Assembly: GCA_012514925.1 (NCBI GenBank)
Contig: JAAYZI010000302.1
Coordinates: 1-33,477, forward strand
Source: Deltaproteobacteria bacterium
GTDB taxonomy: Bacteria; Bdellovibrionota_C; UBA2361; JAAYZI01
Reading direction: 5' to 3'
DNA length: 33,477 nucleotides
Of the stretch, positions 23,636-33,477 are shown piece by piece. Within the stretch, counting starts at the first letter, position 1; each line of letters starts with the position of its first letter. Made by a program: the position numbers and the translations under genes. Below the pieces are notes generated by a model. The model was not told where the DNA came from, ran no database searches, and saw only the letters and a program-made list of their open reading frames with translations.

Positions 23636-24397
23636 ATGGTGACACAAGGATTGATTTTTACCTTAGTAATCGTAGCGGTTATTATAAAGAGCGCAATTCA
23701 CATCTTAAAAGAGTGGGAGCGTGGAGTAGTGCTTACTCTGGGGCGGCTTAGTCCCAGGCCACGAGGCCCAGGACTGAGATTTATTCTGCCGTTCATTCAG
23801 ACCTTAACGCGTGTGGACCAACGCATCATCACCATGGATGTACCCGGTCAAGATGTGATTACCCGTGACAACGTTTCAGTCAAAGTAAGCGCGGTGCTCT
23901 ATTACCGCGTGCTTGATCCAAACCGAGCAGTAACGCGGGTGGAAAATTACCACTATGCCACCAGCCAGCTGGCCCAAACCACTATGCGCAGTGTTTGCGG
24001 TCAGGCCGAGTTAGATGAACTACTCTCAAACCGGGAGGAGATGAATAGAAAGATACAAGAGATCCTGGACGGCCAGACCGAGCCTTGGGGCATCAAAGTT
24101 AGTTTAGTCGAATTGAAGCATATCGACCTTCCTCAAGAGATGCAGCGCGCCATGGCCAGGCAAGCCGAAGCGGAGCGTGAACGCCGCTCCAAGATCATTC
24201 AAGCAGAGGGCGAGTTCCAGGCGGCCGACAAGCTGACTCAAGCCGCGGCCATTATGTCGACTCAGAGTATTTCCGTGCACCTTAGATACTTAGAAACCTT
24301 GCGGCAAATTGCTACGGAGAATCATTCAACCGTGCTCTTCCCTCTGCCGATGGAGCTTTTGAACACATTCAAAAAAATCGGCAATACAGAGCAGTAA
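23636..24397 (+). CDS. SPFH/band-7 (stomatin-like, slipin) protein.
   Basis: N-terminal TM; EWERGVVLTLGR...TRDNVSVKVSAVLYYRV...GIKVSLVELKHIDLP...AEAERERRSKII. It is the classic partner of the upstream NfeD gene. Confidence 0.9.
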   Translation: MVTQGLIFTLVIVAVIIKSAIHILKEWERGVVLTLGRLSPRPRGPGLRFILPFIQTLTRVDQRIITMDVPGQDVITRDNVSVKVSAVLYYRVLDPNRAVTRVENYHYATSQLAQTTMRSVCGQAELDELLSNREEMNRKIQEILDGQTEPWGIKVSLVELKHIDLPQEMQRAMARQAEAERERRSKIIQAEGEFQAADKLTQAAAIMSTQSISVHLRYLETLRQIATENHSTVLFPLPMELLNTFKKIGNTEQ

Positions 24398-24454
24398 GAC
24401 AAGAAAAAACACAAGCTGTTAAACCGGAGGATCCATTATCAGCTGCATGAGTCC

Positions 24455-25288
24455 ATGTTGTTAGTTGCAGATACCCATGTCCATTTATACCCGTGTTACG
24501 ATCTGTATGCCGCGTTGCTGTACGGGTTTGATAACCTGCAGCATCTGGCACACACGGTGGGGTGGGCCAATAGTGCGGATGTTTTAAAAGTCCTCTTTTT
24601 AACGGAACGACACGATTGTGAGATCTTTAACGGTTTGGCACAGGGGAGATGTATCCATCCGGGGTTCTCTATTGAACCAAGCGATGAAGGCGGCGCGCTC
24701 TGGGTCAATTTCCGGCAACGACCAGGGCGTCTCTTGATCGTAGCGGGCCGACAGATTGTGACTCAAGAAAAATTAGAGCTTCTGGCGTTGGCAATGCCGG
24801 AAAAGATTCAAGACGGAAGCCCAATTTTTCAAGCGATCGAAGAGGTGCTTGCGCGTGGCGGCGTGCCAGTGCTTAACTGGTCACCTGGCAAGTGGTTTGG
24901 CAAACGCGGGCGCAAAGTTAAGGAGCTAATTAAGCTCTCTTCAAAGGACCGTTTTTTGGTCGGGGATATCGGCATGCGACCCAAAATTTGGGGGGAGCCG
25001 ATCTTGTTTGCGTTGGCCCGCCGGAGCGGTTTTCGGTTGGCGGCAGGATCGGACCCGCTCCCATTTAAAGGTGAAGAGCGAAATATCGGAAGTTTCGGCG
25101 TAGTAGCAGAAGCTGAAATTAGCAACCAGGTTGTGGTTACGGACCTGCGCCGGTTTTTATGGGATGCAAAGTGGAAGATTGTAGGGCGTCGTGATAGCTT
25201 AGGCGGCATGCTTCGTCGCCAGTGGCTTAATCGGAAGGTCAGAAAGGCGCAGGGAATGTTTTCATGTTTAAATAAGGTGATTTCCTGA
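24455..25288 (+). CDS. Hypothetical protein, possibly a PHP/amidohydrolase-like metal-dependent hydrolase.
   Basis: The N-terminal LVADTHVHLYP and later AAGSDPLP resemble PHP-type metal ligands. The TGATG stop/start overlap with the glycosyltransferase gene supports a real, co-translated CDS. No clear RBS. Confidence 0.55.
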   Translation: MLLVADTHVHLYPCYDLYAALLYGFDNLQHLAHTVGWANSADVLKVLFLTERHDCEIFNGLAQGRCIHPGFSIEPSDEGGALWVNFRQRPGRLLIVAGRQIVTQEKLELLALAMPEKIQDGSPIFQAIEEVLARGGVPVLNWSPGKWFGKRGRKVKELIKLSSKDRFLVGDIGMRPKIWGEPILFALARRSGFRLAAGSDPLPFKGEERNIGSFGVVAEAEISNQVVVTDLRRFLWDAKWKIVGRRDSLGGMLRRQWLNRKVRKAQGMFSCLNKVIS

Positions 25289-26541
25289 TGGACAAATCTA
25301 ATCGCAGCCGCACGGCGGTTTTGTTTATTGAGCCTCAACCATTTTTTACAAACCGTGGCAGCCCATTTCGAGCAAAAGCCACAGTGAATGCCCTAGTCGA
25401 GTTGGGGTATGAGGTTGACCTTTTGGTGTACCCACTGGGAGAAGAGATCTCAATGCCAGGGGTGCGTATACACCGCAGTTACCGTCCACCTTGGATTAAA
25501 AAGGTCAAAATTGGACCGTCCTGGACGAAGGTAGTGTTGGATATCTTTTTAACCTTCAAAGCGTTGGCGTTAACGCAGCATAAAGAGTATGCCGTGGTCC
25601 ATGCAGTCGAAGAGGCGGTATTAATCGGGTTGATACTGAAGTGGCTAAGGAAAGTGCCCTATGTTATGGATATGCACTCTTACATGCCAGATCAGTTGGC
25701 AGAGCGTCCGATTTTGGGGCTTGCTCCTTTTATGATGCTGGCTAGATGGTTTGAAAGATTTTCTGTCAGACGTGCTGCCGGAGTTCAAACAGTAAGTGAT
25801 GTTATCAGCGACCGCTCCCGCAACTTAGCTCCGCATGTGCCGGCGGTTACGGTTGAGGATATCGCGCTTGATTCTTCGGCGACAGTAGATCCAGCCCTAG
25901 TTAAGACCTTCCGCAAAGAATTTAACTTGGAGGGGCGTAGCGTCATCGTCTATACCGGCAACTTGGCTCAGTATCAGGGGGTGGAACTTCTCGTGGAGGG
26001 TTTTGGACGCATGAGTTCTTCCTCTCAGAGTAGCGCGGGCACGGATCAAAGCGTACTGCTTTTGGTCGGCGGCGGGCCTGAGGTGGAAGAGCGGATGACT
26101 GAGCTGCGTGCCATAGCGCTTAAGTGGAATGTAGTAGATAGGGTTATTTTTGCGGGTGAACGTCCGGCTGATGAGATGGGAAGCTTTATGGCCTTAGCGG
26201 ACGTCTTGGCCTCGCCGCGCATGTTTGGCGCGCATACGCCGCTTAAGATCTACAGCTACATGGTGGCTCGTAAACCGATTGTCGCCACCAATATTCGGTC
26301 ACACACCAATGTTTTAGATGAGACGTGCGCCTTTCTATGCGATCCGAACCCAGAAGCTTTTGCTAAGGCCCTAGCAGTGGCGCTAGGATCAAAGCCAGAG
26401 GAAAAAGCCGCCGCGGCAGAGCGCGCCGAAAACGCATTTGAACGAGTACAGAGCCGCCACAGCAAAAAACGGTTTACCGAGAAGATGAACAGTCTTTATT
26501 CTTCGCTTCTACCCTACCCTTCTACTCCTTCACCTCATTAA
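25288..26541 (+). CDS. Glycosyltransferase, GT-B fold (family 4/1-like).
   Basis: The N-terminal FIEPQPFFTNRGSPFRA and C-terminal VIFAGERP...ALADVLASPR...PLKIYSYMVARKPIVAT are typical of GT4 retaining transferases. Confidence 0.8.
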   Translation: MDKSNRSRTAVLFIEPQPFFTNRGSPFRAKATVNALVELGYEVDLLVYPLGEEISMPGVRIHRSYRPPWIKKVKIGPSWTKVVLDIFLTFKALALTQHKEYAVVHAVEEAVLIGLILKWLRKVPYVMDMHSYMPDQLAERPILGLAPFMMLARWFERFSVRRAAGVQTVSDVISDRSRNLAPHVPAVTVEDIALDSSATVDPALVKTFRKEFNLEGRSVIVYTGNLAQYQGVELLVEGFGRMSSSSQSSAGTDQSVLLLVGGGPEVEERMTELRAIALKWNVVDRVIFAGERPADEMGSFMALADVLASPRMFGAHTPLKIYSYMVARKPIVATNIRSHTNVLDETCAFLCDPNPEAFAKALAVALGSKPEEKAAAAERAENAFERVQSRHSKKRFTEKMNSLYSSLLPYPSTPSPH

Positions 26542-26584
26542 ATATTAAATGGAGTGATGGGGTAAAAAGTAGCATAGACACCGT

Positions 26585-29353
26585 CTATATAACCAGCTCC
26601 ATACGCAGCTTGCTGGGGTCATCAGTTGGTTTGGCTTCAAATCCAAGCGACTTGCATAGAGCAATCCCGCCTGCATTGGAACAGAGCACATCTGCGCTAA
26701 ACCTATTAAGGCCTTCCTGAGAGGTGACTTTAATGGCGTGCTCTAAAAGTTGCCGCCCCAGCCCTTTGTTCTGCCAGGCATCTGCAACCATAAGCGAAAA
26801 TTCTCCACCTCGGGGGTTCTGACGGTGGCGCGCTATTCTGCAAATTGCCACGATCTCCTCACCTTTACGGCCGTTACTTTCTTTTTCAGGATTAAGACGG
26901 GTCGCTATCAGGCTAAGCTCGCGGTCATAATCTGTGTAGCAAATACGCACCATACGAGCGTGTGCAGTGCGTTCATCCAAGATCACTGGCTGGTGATAAC
27001 GATTTAACACCGTCTGTTCGCTTAGCCCATGTTGAAAGTCCACAACCATGGCTTCATCCCCGGCGAGAATCGGGCGAACCGAAAGTTCTTCGCCGGTCTT
27101 GGCTTTAATTTTGGTGATGCCATGCAGCGGGTAAGGTTTAATGGCTGGTTTGGGCAGCTCCGAAATTTTTGTCTCCGGATCATGTAAGAGCACGCGCGCA
27201 TCCAAGGCCACCAAAGCTTCGCTTGAAGCCAGGAGTGGGTTTATATCTAACTCCTTAATCCACGGCTCTTGTGAGACCAAGAAGCTGAAACGCACCATCA
27301 ACATCTCAAGCGCAGCCATATCTACAGACTTGCGGCCACGTACTCCTTTTAGAGCAGTATAGATCTTGGTTCCCTGCATCATGCGTCTTGCCAAGGTAGT
27401 GGTTAGCGGCGGCAAACCAAGAGCGCGGTCCTTGAAAACCTCCACCAACTGCCCACCTGCTCCGAAAAGGAGCACCGGTCCAAACTGCGGATCGACCGAG
27501 GAACCCAATATAATTTCGTAGCCTTCAAGTTTGATCATGGGTTGCACTGTTACGCCCTGAAAGTCGGCGAGACTGTGCTTCTCTGCAACGGCGTTCTTGA
27601 TGCGTTCAAAGGCCTGCCTCACAGCATCAGCGCTGTTTAGGTTGAGGACCACTCCTCCCACATCAGTCTTATGGGTGATGGTGTTGGAGTAAAGTTTAAG
27701 CACCAACGGATACCCGATTTTTTCACCCCACTCCACGGCTTGATCCGCATTGGTTGCCACTTCTGTTTGAACAGTTGGGATGCCATAAGCCTCAAGCAGC
27801 TTTTTCGACTCGTACTCATTAAGCAATGTACGCCCGTCCTTTTTAACCGCTTCAATAATCTCTTGCGCTTTGGCGCGACTGGCCATGAGGTCATCCGGAC
27901 TCTCTCCGGTCATGGGTGTTTCATAAATGTCCTTGAGATTAGCGGAGTACTGCCAGAGATAATTAAAAGCGCGACAGGCGTCGTCCGGATGCTCAAAATT
28001 TGGGATGTGGGCGTGGTTAAGAATCTCCCGTCCTGCCGACACTACCGCCCCGCCCATCCAGCTGGCTAAAACCGGTTTCCCAAGCTTAGTGGCGTAAGGT
28101 TTAAGAGCCTCTGCCGTTAAAGTTGGATTAGTCATATCTTGAGGGGTAAGAATCACCAACAAGCCATGAGACTGCGAATCTTCAGCAGCGATCTCCAAAG
28201 TCTTAGCGTATTTTTCAGGCTCAGCGTCGCCCAAAATATCGATTGGATTGTTGTGGCTCCAGTGCGCCGGAAGCAGGGCGTTTAAAGCATCAAAAGTTTC
28301 CTCTGAAATATCTGTGAGCTTGCCACCACCCAGCACCAACGTATCAGTGGCCAAAACTCCCGGGCCGCCGGCGTTGGTAATGATCGTGAGGCGCGGACCT
28401 TTGGGTAGCGGTTGGCGCGCCAAGGTCTCGGCCATAGCGAAAAGATCGCTGATCTTATCGACCCGCATTACGCCCACGCGCTTGAAAGCGGCATCTAGCA
28501 CATCATCCGAACCCGTTAGTGAGCCGGTATGTGAGGCCGCTGCCTTAGCGGCGGCTGCGGTGCGGCCCGCCTTGATTACGATGATCGGCTTAGTCAGTGC
28601 CACCTCACGCGCAGCAGAGAGGAATGCGCGCGCGTCTCCAACAGATTCCATGTAAATTACGATCGCATCAGTGCGGCTATCCTGACCAAAGTAATCGATT
28701 AAATCGCCCCAATTTACGTCCAACATGGAGCCGATGGAAACAAAGGAACTAAAGCCCACATGCTCTGTAATTGACCAATCCAATATCGCTGTGCATAACG
28801 CGCCACTTTGGCTGATAAAGGCGACCCGGCCGGGATAAGCCATACCTTTACCGAAGGTGGCGTTTACGCCCGAGAGCGGATTCATGACTCCCAAACAGTT
28901 TGGTCCGACCAGCCGTACATTAGTGCCGCGAATATAGCTGCGGATCTCGGCCTCAAGTTTTTCTCCGTCCTGCCCCATCTCTTTAAAGCCGGCCGAGATT
29001 ACGATGATTCCTTTTACACCGGCTTCTACACATTCTTTTACGAGGCTCGGAACATATCTAGCGGCCGTACAGATGACGGCTAAATCAACCGAAGCGGGGA
29101 TTGCGCCCACAGTGGGGTATGCATGCACTCCCAACACCTGCGGTCTTTTTGGATTAACAGGGTAAACGAAACCGCCAAAAGGGTTACTGATAAGGTTCCA
29201 CAACACCGTGCGCCCGACGCTTACCTCTTTCTCAGTTGCGCCAATGACGGCAACACTCTTGGGATGGAAAATATAATCTAGCGGATTGGTCTCCATAACA
29301 CGCAAATCATGAGAAGGGTCGATGGGGCTGACTGCAGTGGGGGTGTCTGACAT
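26585..29353 (-). CDS. Pat/PatZ-type protein acetyltransferase (ADP-forming acyl-CoA synthetase-like domains plus C-terminal GNAT).
   Basis: CoA-binding N-terminus [11 protein letters not shown]...YPVNPK, succinyl-CoA-synthetase-like GPNCLGV, ATP-grasp region, and C-terminal [20 protein letters not shown]. 922 aa matches this architecture. Confidence 0.85.
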   Translation of the reverse strand: MSDTPTAVSPIDPSHDLRVMETNPLDYIFHPKSVAVIGATEKEVSVGRTVLWNLISNPFGGFVYPVNPKRPQVLGVHAYPTVGAIPASVDLAVICTAARYVPSLVKECVEAGVKGIIVISAGFKEMGQDGEKLEAEIRSYIRGTNVRLVGPNCLGVMNPLSGVNATFGKGMAYPGRVAFISQSGALCTAILDWSITEHVGFSSFVSIGSMLDVNWGDLIDYFGQDSRTDAIVIYMESVGDARAFLSAAREVALTKPIIVIKAGRTAAAAKAAASHTGSLTGSDDVLDAAFKRVGVMRVDKISDLFAMAETLARQPLPKGPRLTIITNAGGPGVLATDTLVLGGGKLTDISEETFDALNALLPAHWSHNNPIDILGDAEPEKYAKTLEIAAEDSQSHGLLVILTPQDMTNPTLTAEALKPYATKLGKPVLASWMGGAVVSAGREILNHAHIPNFEHPDDACRAFNYLWQYSANLKDIYETPMTGESPDDLMASRAKAQEIIEAVKKDGRTLLNEYESKKLLEAYGIPTVQTEVATNADQAVEWGEKIGYPLVLKLYSNTITHKTDVGGVVLNLNSADAVRQAFERIKNAVAEKHSLADFQGVTVQPMIKLEGYEIILGSSVDPQFGPVLLFGAGGQLVEVFKDRALGLPPLTTTLARRMMQGTKIYTALKGVRGRKSVDMAALEMLMVRFSFLVSQEPWIKELDINPLLASSEALVALDARVLLHDPETKISELPKPAIKPYPLHGITKIKAKTGEELSVRPILAGDEAMVVDFQHGLSEQTVLNRYHQPVILDERTAHARMVRICYTDYDRELSLIATRLNPEKESNGRKGEEIVAICRIARHRQNPRGGEFSLMVADAWQNKGLGRQLLEHAIKVTSQEGLNRFSADVLCSNAGGIALCKSLGFEAKPTDDPSKLRMELVI

Positions 29354-29508
29354 TTATTATCTCCTTTCTTCTTGACGCTACCTATGTGATCGGGTTCTAA
29401 CTCACACACTTTAGGACAATACTGAGGATCATCCACCGGTACAATAGAGACTCAGGCCCAAGTGCGGACTCGTTCAGTATGATGCACCCTTGTGCCGTAA
29501 CTTTCCAG

Positions 29509-29620
29509 GTAACCGTTCATGTATGGAATTGATTACGCAATTGATTATGCAATTTTTGTTTTCTGCCAGGGCGGTAAAATTTCACTTTCTCCAGAGAAAG
29601 TAATATTGGAATACCGATAC
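29509..29620 (+). repeat. Long-form palindrome element (copy E-b, contains P3 at 29584..29601).
   Basis: Co-oriented homologue of 10846..10947, with a 12-nt internal duplication (ATTGATTACGCA/ATTGATTATGCA) and a degenerate right terminus. Confidence 0.85.
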
Positions 29621-29777
29621 CAGATGCTTTTCCGGGTTCTACCACGTGAGAAGTTAATTTAAAGAATGTAAAACGGCGGTTTACTCTGCCCGTTTCGTTC
29701 TTCGAACTCTTCCTGTATTGGTATGTCGTCAGAGGATGAAATGGGTAGCTCTTCTTAACAGTTTGTAATGTCATCCC

Positions 29778-30839
29778 ATGCCAACTAAAATTTATCATGA
29801 AGCGTATAATTACCAACTAAGCCCGGACCGCATCGCGCAGCGCCCGGTACACCCCTATGATACGGCTAAGCTGCTGACAGTTAATCGCCGCGAGGCAAAG
29901 ATTGAAGATTCTAACTTTACTTGTCTACCACGTCTTCTGCGCGCAGGGGACCTCTTGGTCTTTAATGACAGCCGCGTGATTCCCGCGCGTTTTTTAGGAA
30001 AGATGGCCGGGCGTGATGCCTCTCTGGAAGTACTACTGGTACACAGACAGAGCGGGGGCATTTGGCGGTGTTTGGGAAAGCCGCTTAAGAAGTTCAAGCC
30101 TGGAAGCCTACTCGTTTTTGAAGAAGGGCTGCGGGCCAAGGTGCTGGAGCGCGTATCGGAACAGGAGGTGCTGCTTGAGTTTTTCTGCGAGGACGAGGCC
30201 GTAGATCTAAACTCACTTATGTCTAGGGTGGGGCAAATGCCGATTCCCCCTTACATCCGCCGGGGCCGCGCTGATGAGAGTGACCGATTGGATTATCAGA
30301 CTATTTTTGCAAGCCGGGATGGGTCAATCGCCGCTCCCACGGCTTCGCTGCACTTTACTCCAGAACTGATCACGGGTCTTAAAGAAGCAAGATGTCAAAT
30401 CGCGTACGCCACTTTACATGTGGGCACAGCCAGTTTTTTGCCACTTTGGGACGAGGTTGGCGAGGGCGTCACGCGCCTAAAGGCTCCGGCGGCTGAGACG
30501 TATGGTTTTTGCAGTGAGCTGCTATCAAAGATGGTTGAGACCAAAGCCCGTGGCGGACGGGTCATTGCGGTAGGAACCACGATGGTGCGCGCGCTTGAGT
30601 CCATGGTGCGGCATAGGGCCTGTAGCGGCGCTTTTGTGGAAACTGACCTTTTCATCCTTCCTGGATTTGAGTTCAAAGTAGTCGATGCGCTTATCACGAA
30701 CTTTCATCAGCCGCGTACTACCCACCTTCTTTTGGTACAAGCTTTTATGGGCAGACTCCTCTTGGAGCGTAGCTATCAGCACGCACTTTCAAACGAGTAC
30801 CGCTTCTTAAGCTACGGTGACGGTATGTTTATTGAGTAG
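29778..30839 (+). CDS. queA: S-adenosylmethionine:tRNA ribosyltransferase-isomerase.
   Basis: YNYQLSPDRIAQRP...LLV, MPIPPYIRR, ASLHFT, GTTMVRALES, FHQPRTTHLLLV. These are canonical QueA motifs. Confidence 0.93.
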   Translation: MPTKIYHEAYNYQLSPDRIAQRPVHPYDTAKLLTVNRREAKIEDSNFTCLPRLLRAGDLLVFNDSRVIPARFLGKMAGRDASLEVLLVHRQSGGIWRCLGKPLKKFKPGSLLVFEEGLRAKVLERVSEQEVLLEFFCEDEAVDLNSLMSRVGQMPIPPYIRRGRADESDRLDYQTIFASRDGSIAAPTASLHFTPELITGLKEARCQIAYATLHVGTASFLPLWDEVGEGVTRLKAPAAETYGFCSELLSKMVETKARGGRVIAVGTTMVRALESMVRHRACSGAFVETDLFILPGFEFKVVDALITNFHQPRTTHLLLVQAFMGRLLLERSYQHALSNEYRFLSYGDGMFIE

Positions 30840-31121
30840 GACGAGGACCTTTCGCCTTATTGGGGGATAGAGAATGGTCGTTCACAGTGATGAAGCAAAC
30901 CTGGATCGAACGGCGATAACTATTAGTGAAAGCAAAGGTAAATTGCCACCTGGAGAGGTCAGGGAGGGTGACCGATAGCGGGTATACAAGGTGGCAGTTC
31001 CGGCTTTTCCAAAGCGCTTCGTCATCCCACGTTGGAGCGGGCAGAGTAGTTTGAACGCTGCAACGTGAGATGGGGCGCAGTAACATCCTAAACTCACGGG
31101 CGGATAGAAGCGACCCCACTC

Positions 31122-31391
31122 ATGTTTAGAGCGGGGTTTGCTGTGATAGAGATCGTAATTCAATTTTTAATTCCAGCCGCGGCGATTGTACTGGCCGGAT
31201 GCAATCACAGAAATAGAGTTCTCTGGCTGTTTGTAGGTACCTACTACGCTCTACTGGGGCTGGTTTTAAGCCTCGGAGATTCAAGCTCAATTTTATTCCT
31301 CAGTTGGCTTATGCTCTCTCCGCTTGTAAACAGTTTTATATGCATCGGAGTTGTCCAGGCTTTTGATTCAAACACATCGAATCTAGCCTGA
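31122..31391 (+). CDS. Possible small membrane protein (89 aa, 2-3 predicted TM helices).
   Basis: The ORF has hydrophobic segments, but no Shine-Dalgarno sequence and no recognisable family. It lies in an otherwise non-coding 1.1-kb gap. Confidence 0.3.
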   Translation: MFRAGFAVIEIVIQFLIPAAAIVLAGCNHRNRVLWLFVGTYYALLGLVLSLGDSSSILFLSWLMLSPLVNSFICIGVVQAFDSNTSNLA

Positions 31392-31456
31392 ATGTCTCAC
31401 TAACTTTTATTGCAAGTCGAAAACTCTGACCTAAAGAGCCCTCACCAAAAACGCCA

Positions 31457-31511
31457 GGCTTTGCTAACCTGGGCTCTAATTAAACCTTGTCGCATATACA
31501 TATCTCGCGCA
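31457..31511 (+). repeat. Half copy of the composite element (GGCTTTGCTAACCTGGG flank plus left hairpin arm only).
   Basis: It matches 31612..31666 closely but lacks the loop and right arm. It is followed directly by TATCCGCCCACGTG and palindrome P4. Confidence 0.8.
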
Positions 31512-31523
31512 TAACCCTCTAGC

Positions 31524-31764
31524 TATATCCGCCCACGTGAATTTTACTTTCTCTGGAGAAAGTGAATTTAACTCTGCGCCACTGCCAGCCACCGTCAGCC
31601 TTCTCCAAAAAGGCTTTGCTAACCTGGGCTTTTATTAAACCTTGTCACATATGCATATCTCGCGCATTGCATACTAGTTTCATTTACCAACCCTTTGCGC
31701 GAGATATGCATATGCGACAAGGCCAATATTAGGTCGTACCAGATTGGAGAACCTTACGTTTTAT
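31524..31764 (+). repeat. Composite repeat element, copy 2 (palindrome P4 at 31546..31563, spacer, hairpin 31640..31722, tail).
   Basis: Inverted homologue of 1..222. The hairpin has a 27-bp stem with a single A:C at 31647/31715 on the plus strand, which is G:U on the minus strand. Confidence 0.85.
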
Positions 31765-31794
31765 GGAGAAATCTAACACTGTCTGTGTGGTGGT

Positions 31795-31862
31795 ATCCGC
31801 CCACGTGAATTTTACTTTCTCTGGAGAAAGTGAAATTAATTCCCAGCGTGAACGGTTACCGG
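31795..31862 (+). repeat. Short-form palindrome unit with P5 (31808..31837), ending in GTGAACGGTTACC.
   Basis: AATTTTACTTTCTC-TG-GAGAAAGTGAAATT is 14+2+14 with one T:G. It is preceded by TATCCGCCCACGTG, as P4 is. It ends about 87 nt upstream of the tgt ATG. Confidence 0.85.
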
Positions 31863-31933
31863 ATACAGCAGAGCTTCAAAACTTGTACTAAAATAGATTT
31901 CCAGGTATTTAGAGTGTCCTGTTTTACGCATAG

Positions 31934-33058
<1,125 letters not shown>

Positions 33059-33061
33059 AAT

Positions 33062-33082
33062 TCTTATCAGTACCATTTTTAA
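33062..33082 (-). repeat. Inverted partner of the 21-bp motif at 262..282.
   Basis: TCTTATCAGTACCATTTTTAA begins 3 nt after the tgt stop codon (33056-33058). Confidence 0.9.
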
Positions 33083-33192
33083 TCATGCGTAATCACTATA
33101 TAATGAAAAGTGTGAAAGTTTAGGCTTTGTGTTACAAACAGTGCCCGTATTAATTGGGGTTTTTATCTAATACTGACTTGCGCGGATTAACC

Positions 33193-33477
33193 TATGTCCC
33201 CCTTAATTTTGATTTTGCTCTTTGGCTTTTTGATGAGCTTAATTGCCCTGTCGGGTGCGCTGGTGCTGCTCCTAAAGCCGGCTACTCTTGATAGAATTTT
33301 ACTGTCGTTAGTGGGACTTTCCGCGGGAGCACTTTTAGGCGGAGCCTTCTTTCATATGCTGCCGGCCGCCGGGGAGCTGATGTCCGACAACTTTTCGATC
33401 TATCTCTGGACCATGGCGGGTTTTCTTTTTTTTCTGGTGCTTGAGCAGTTTTTGCACTGGCACCACTGCCATCTTGC
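33193..33477 (+). CDS. ZIP-family divalent metal transporter, N-terminal fragment (runs off the window).
   Basis: My own translation from the ATG at 33193 is an open frame of 95 codons to the window end: MSPLILILLFGFLMSLIALSGALVLLL...LLGGAFFHMLPAA...LEQFLHWHHCH. The TM pattern and HWHH motif are typical of ZupT/ZIP proteins. Confidence 0.7.

Noticed and set aside
29354-29777. A preQ1 or other queuosine-related riboswitch upstream of queA, and likewise upstream of tgt at 31795-31948.
   Set aside because: I could not find the compact preQ1-I/II/III consensus features. The conserved sequence here is a symmetric DNA-type palindrome that also occurs next to unrelated genes.
29517-29816. 99-aa minus-strand ORF between pat and queA.
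   Set aside because: It is composed largely of repeat element E-b and overlaps the queA start. There is no RBS. It is probably spurious.
30840-31120. tmRNA, RNase P RNA, SRP RNA or tRNA in the ORF-free stretch after queA.
   Set aside because: - There is a GTTCGATCC-like string on the minus strand, but no complementary T-stem.
- There is no GGGGCUGAUUCUGGAUUCGAC-type 5' end and no CCA-proximal acceptor.
- GGAAAAGCCGG only superficially resembles the RNase P P4 motif, and the flanking consensus is absent.
- The SRP GGUCAGGUCCGGAAGGAAGCAGCC box is not matched.

Overview
This is a 33.5-kb bacterial chromosomal window of Gram-negative type; a lipobox lipoprotein and a CpaB-containing Tad locus support that. 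Taxon is not assignable from sequence alone. GC looks moderate by eye. About 29 CDS can be supported.

Left third, minus strand: one tightly packed Tad/Flp pilus operon (tadZ-flp-cpaB-cpaF-tadB-tadC). It runs directly into a T2SS-E-N-like/receiver protein and a hybrid histidine kinase. No secretin, prepilin peptidase or pseudopilin genes occur in the window.

Middle:
- a lysine/alanine-rich histone-H1-like protein;
- an orphan ORF;
- purE co-transcribed with a REC-DHp protein that lacks an ATPase domain;
- a LysM lipoprotein;
- a three-gene cassette: membrane/coiled-coil protein, then two translationally coupled non-canonical Hsp70-like ATPases, one 929 aa with a long unassigned helical tail.

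Right half: MBL hydrolase, coaBC, a degenerate UDG-like protein, an NfeD-SPFH pair, a PHP-like ORF plus a GT4 glycosyltransferase, a 922-aa Pat-type acetyltransferase, queA, tgt and the start of a ZIP transporter.

The least explained signal is non-coding, a family of repeats:
1. A roughly 225-bp composite element built around a 26-27-bp-stem hairpin. It occurs as inverted copies at the window start and at 31.5-31.8 kb, plus one half copy.
2. Five copies of a palindrome, ACTTTCTC-NN-GAGAAAGT, extendable to 30 bp.
3. A roughly 100-bp long form of that palindrome element in two divergent promoter regions.
4. A perfect 21-bp inverted pair lying 3-4 nt after two unrelated stop codons.
5. A 230-bp iteron-like tandem array that fills a convergent intergenic gap.

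No transposase, integrase, CRISPR, rRNA or tRNA was found. All functional calls rest on motif recognition by eye, not on database searches.
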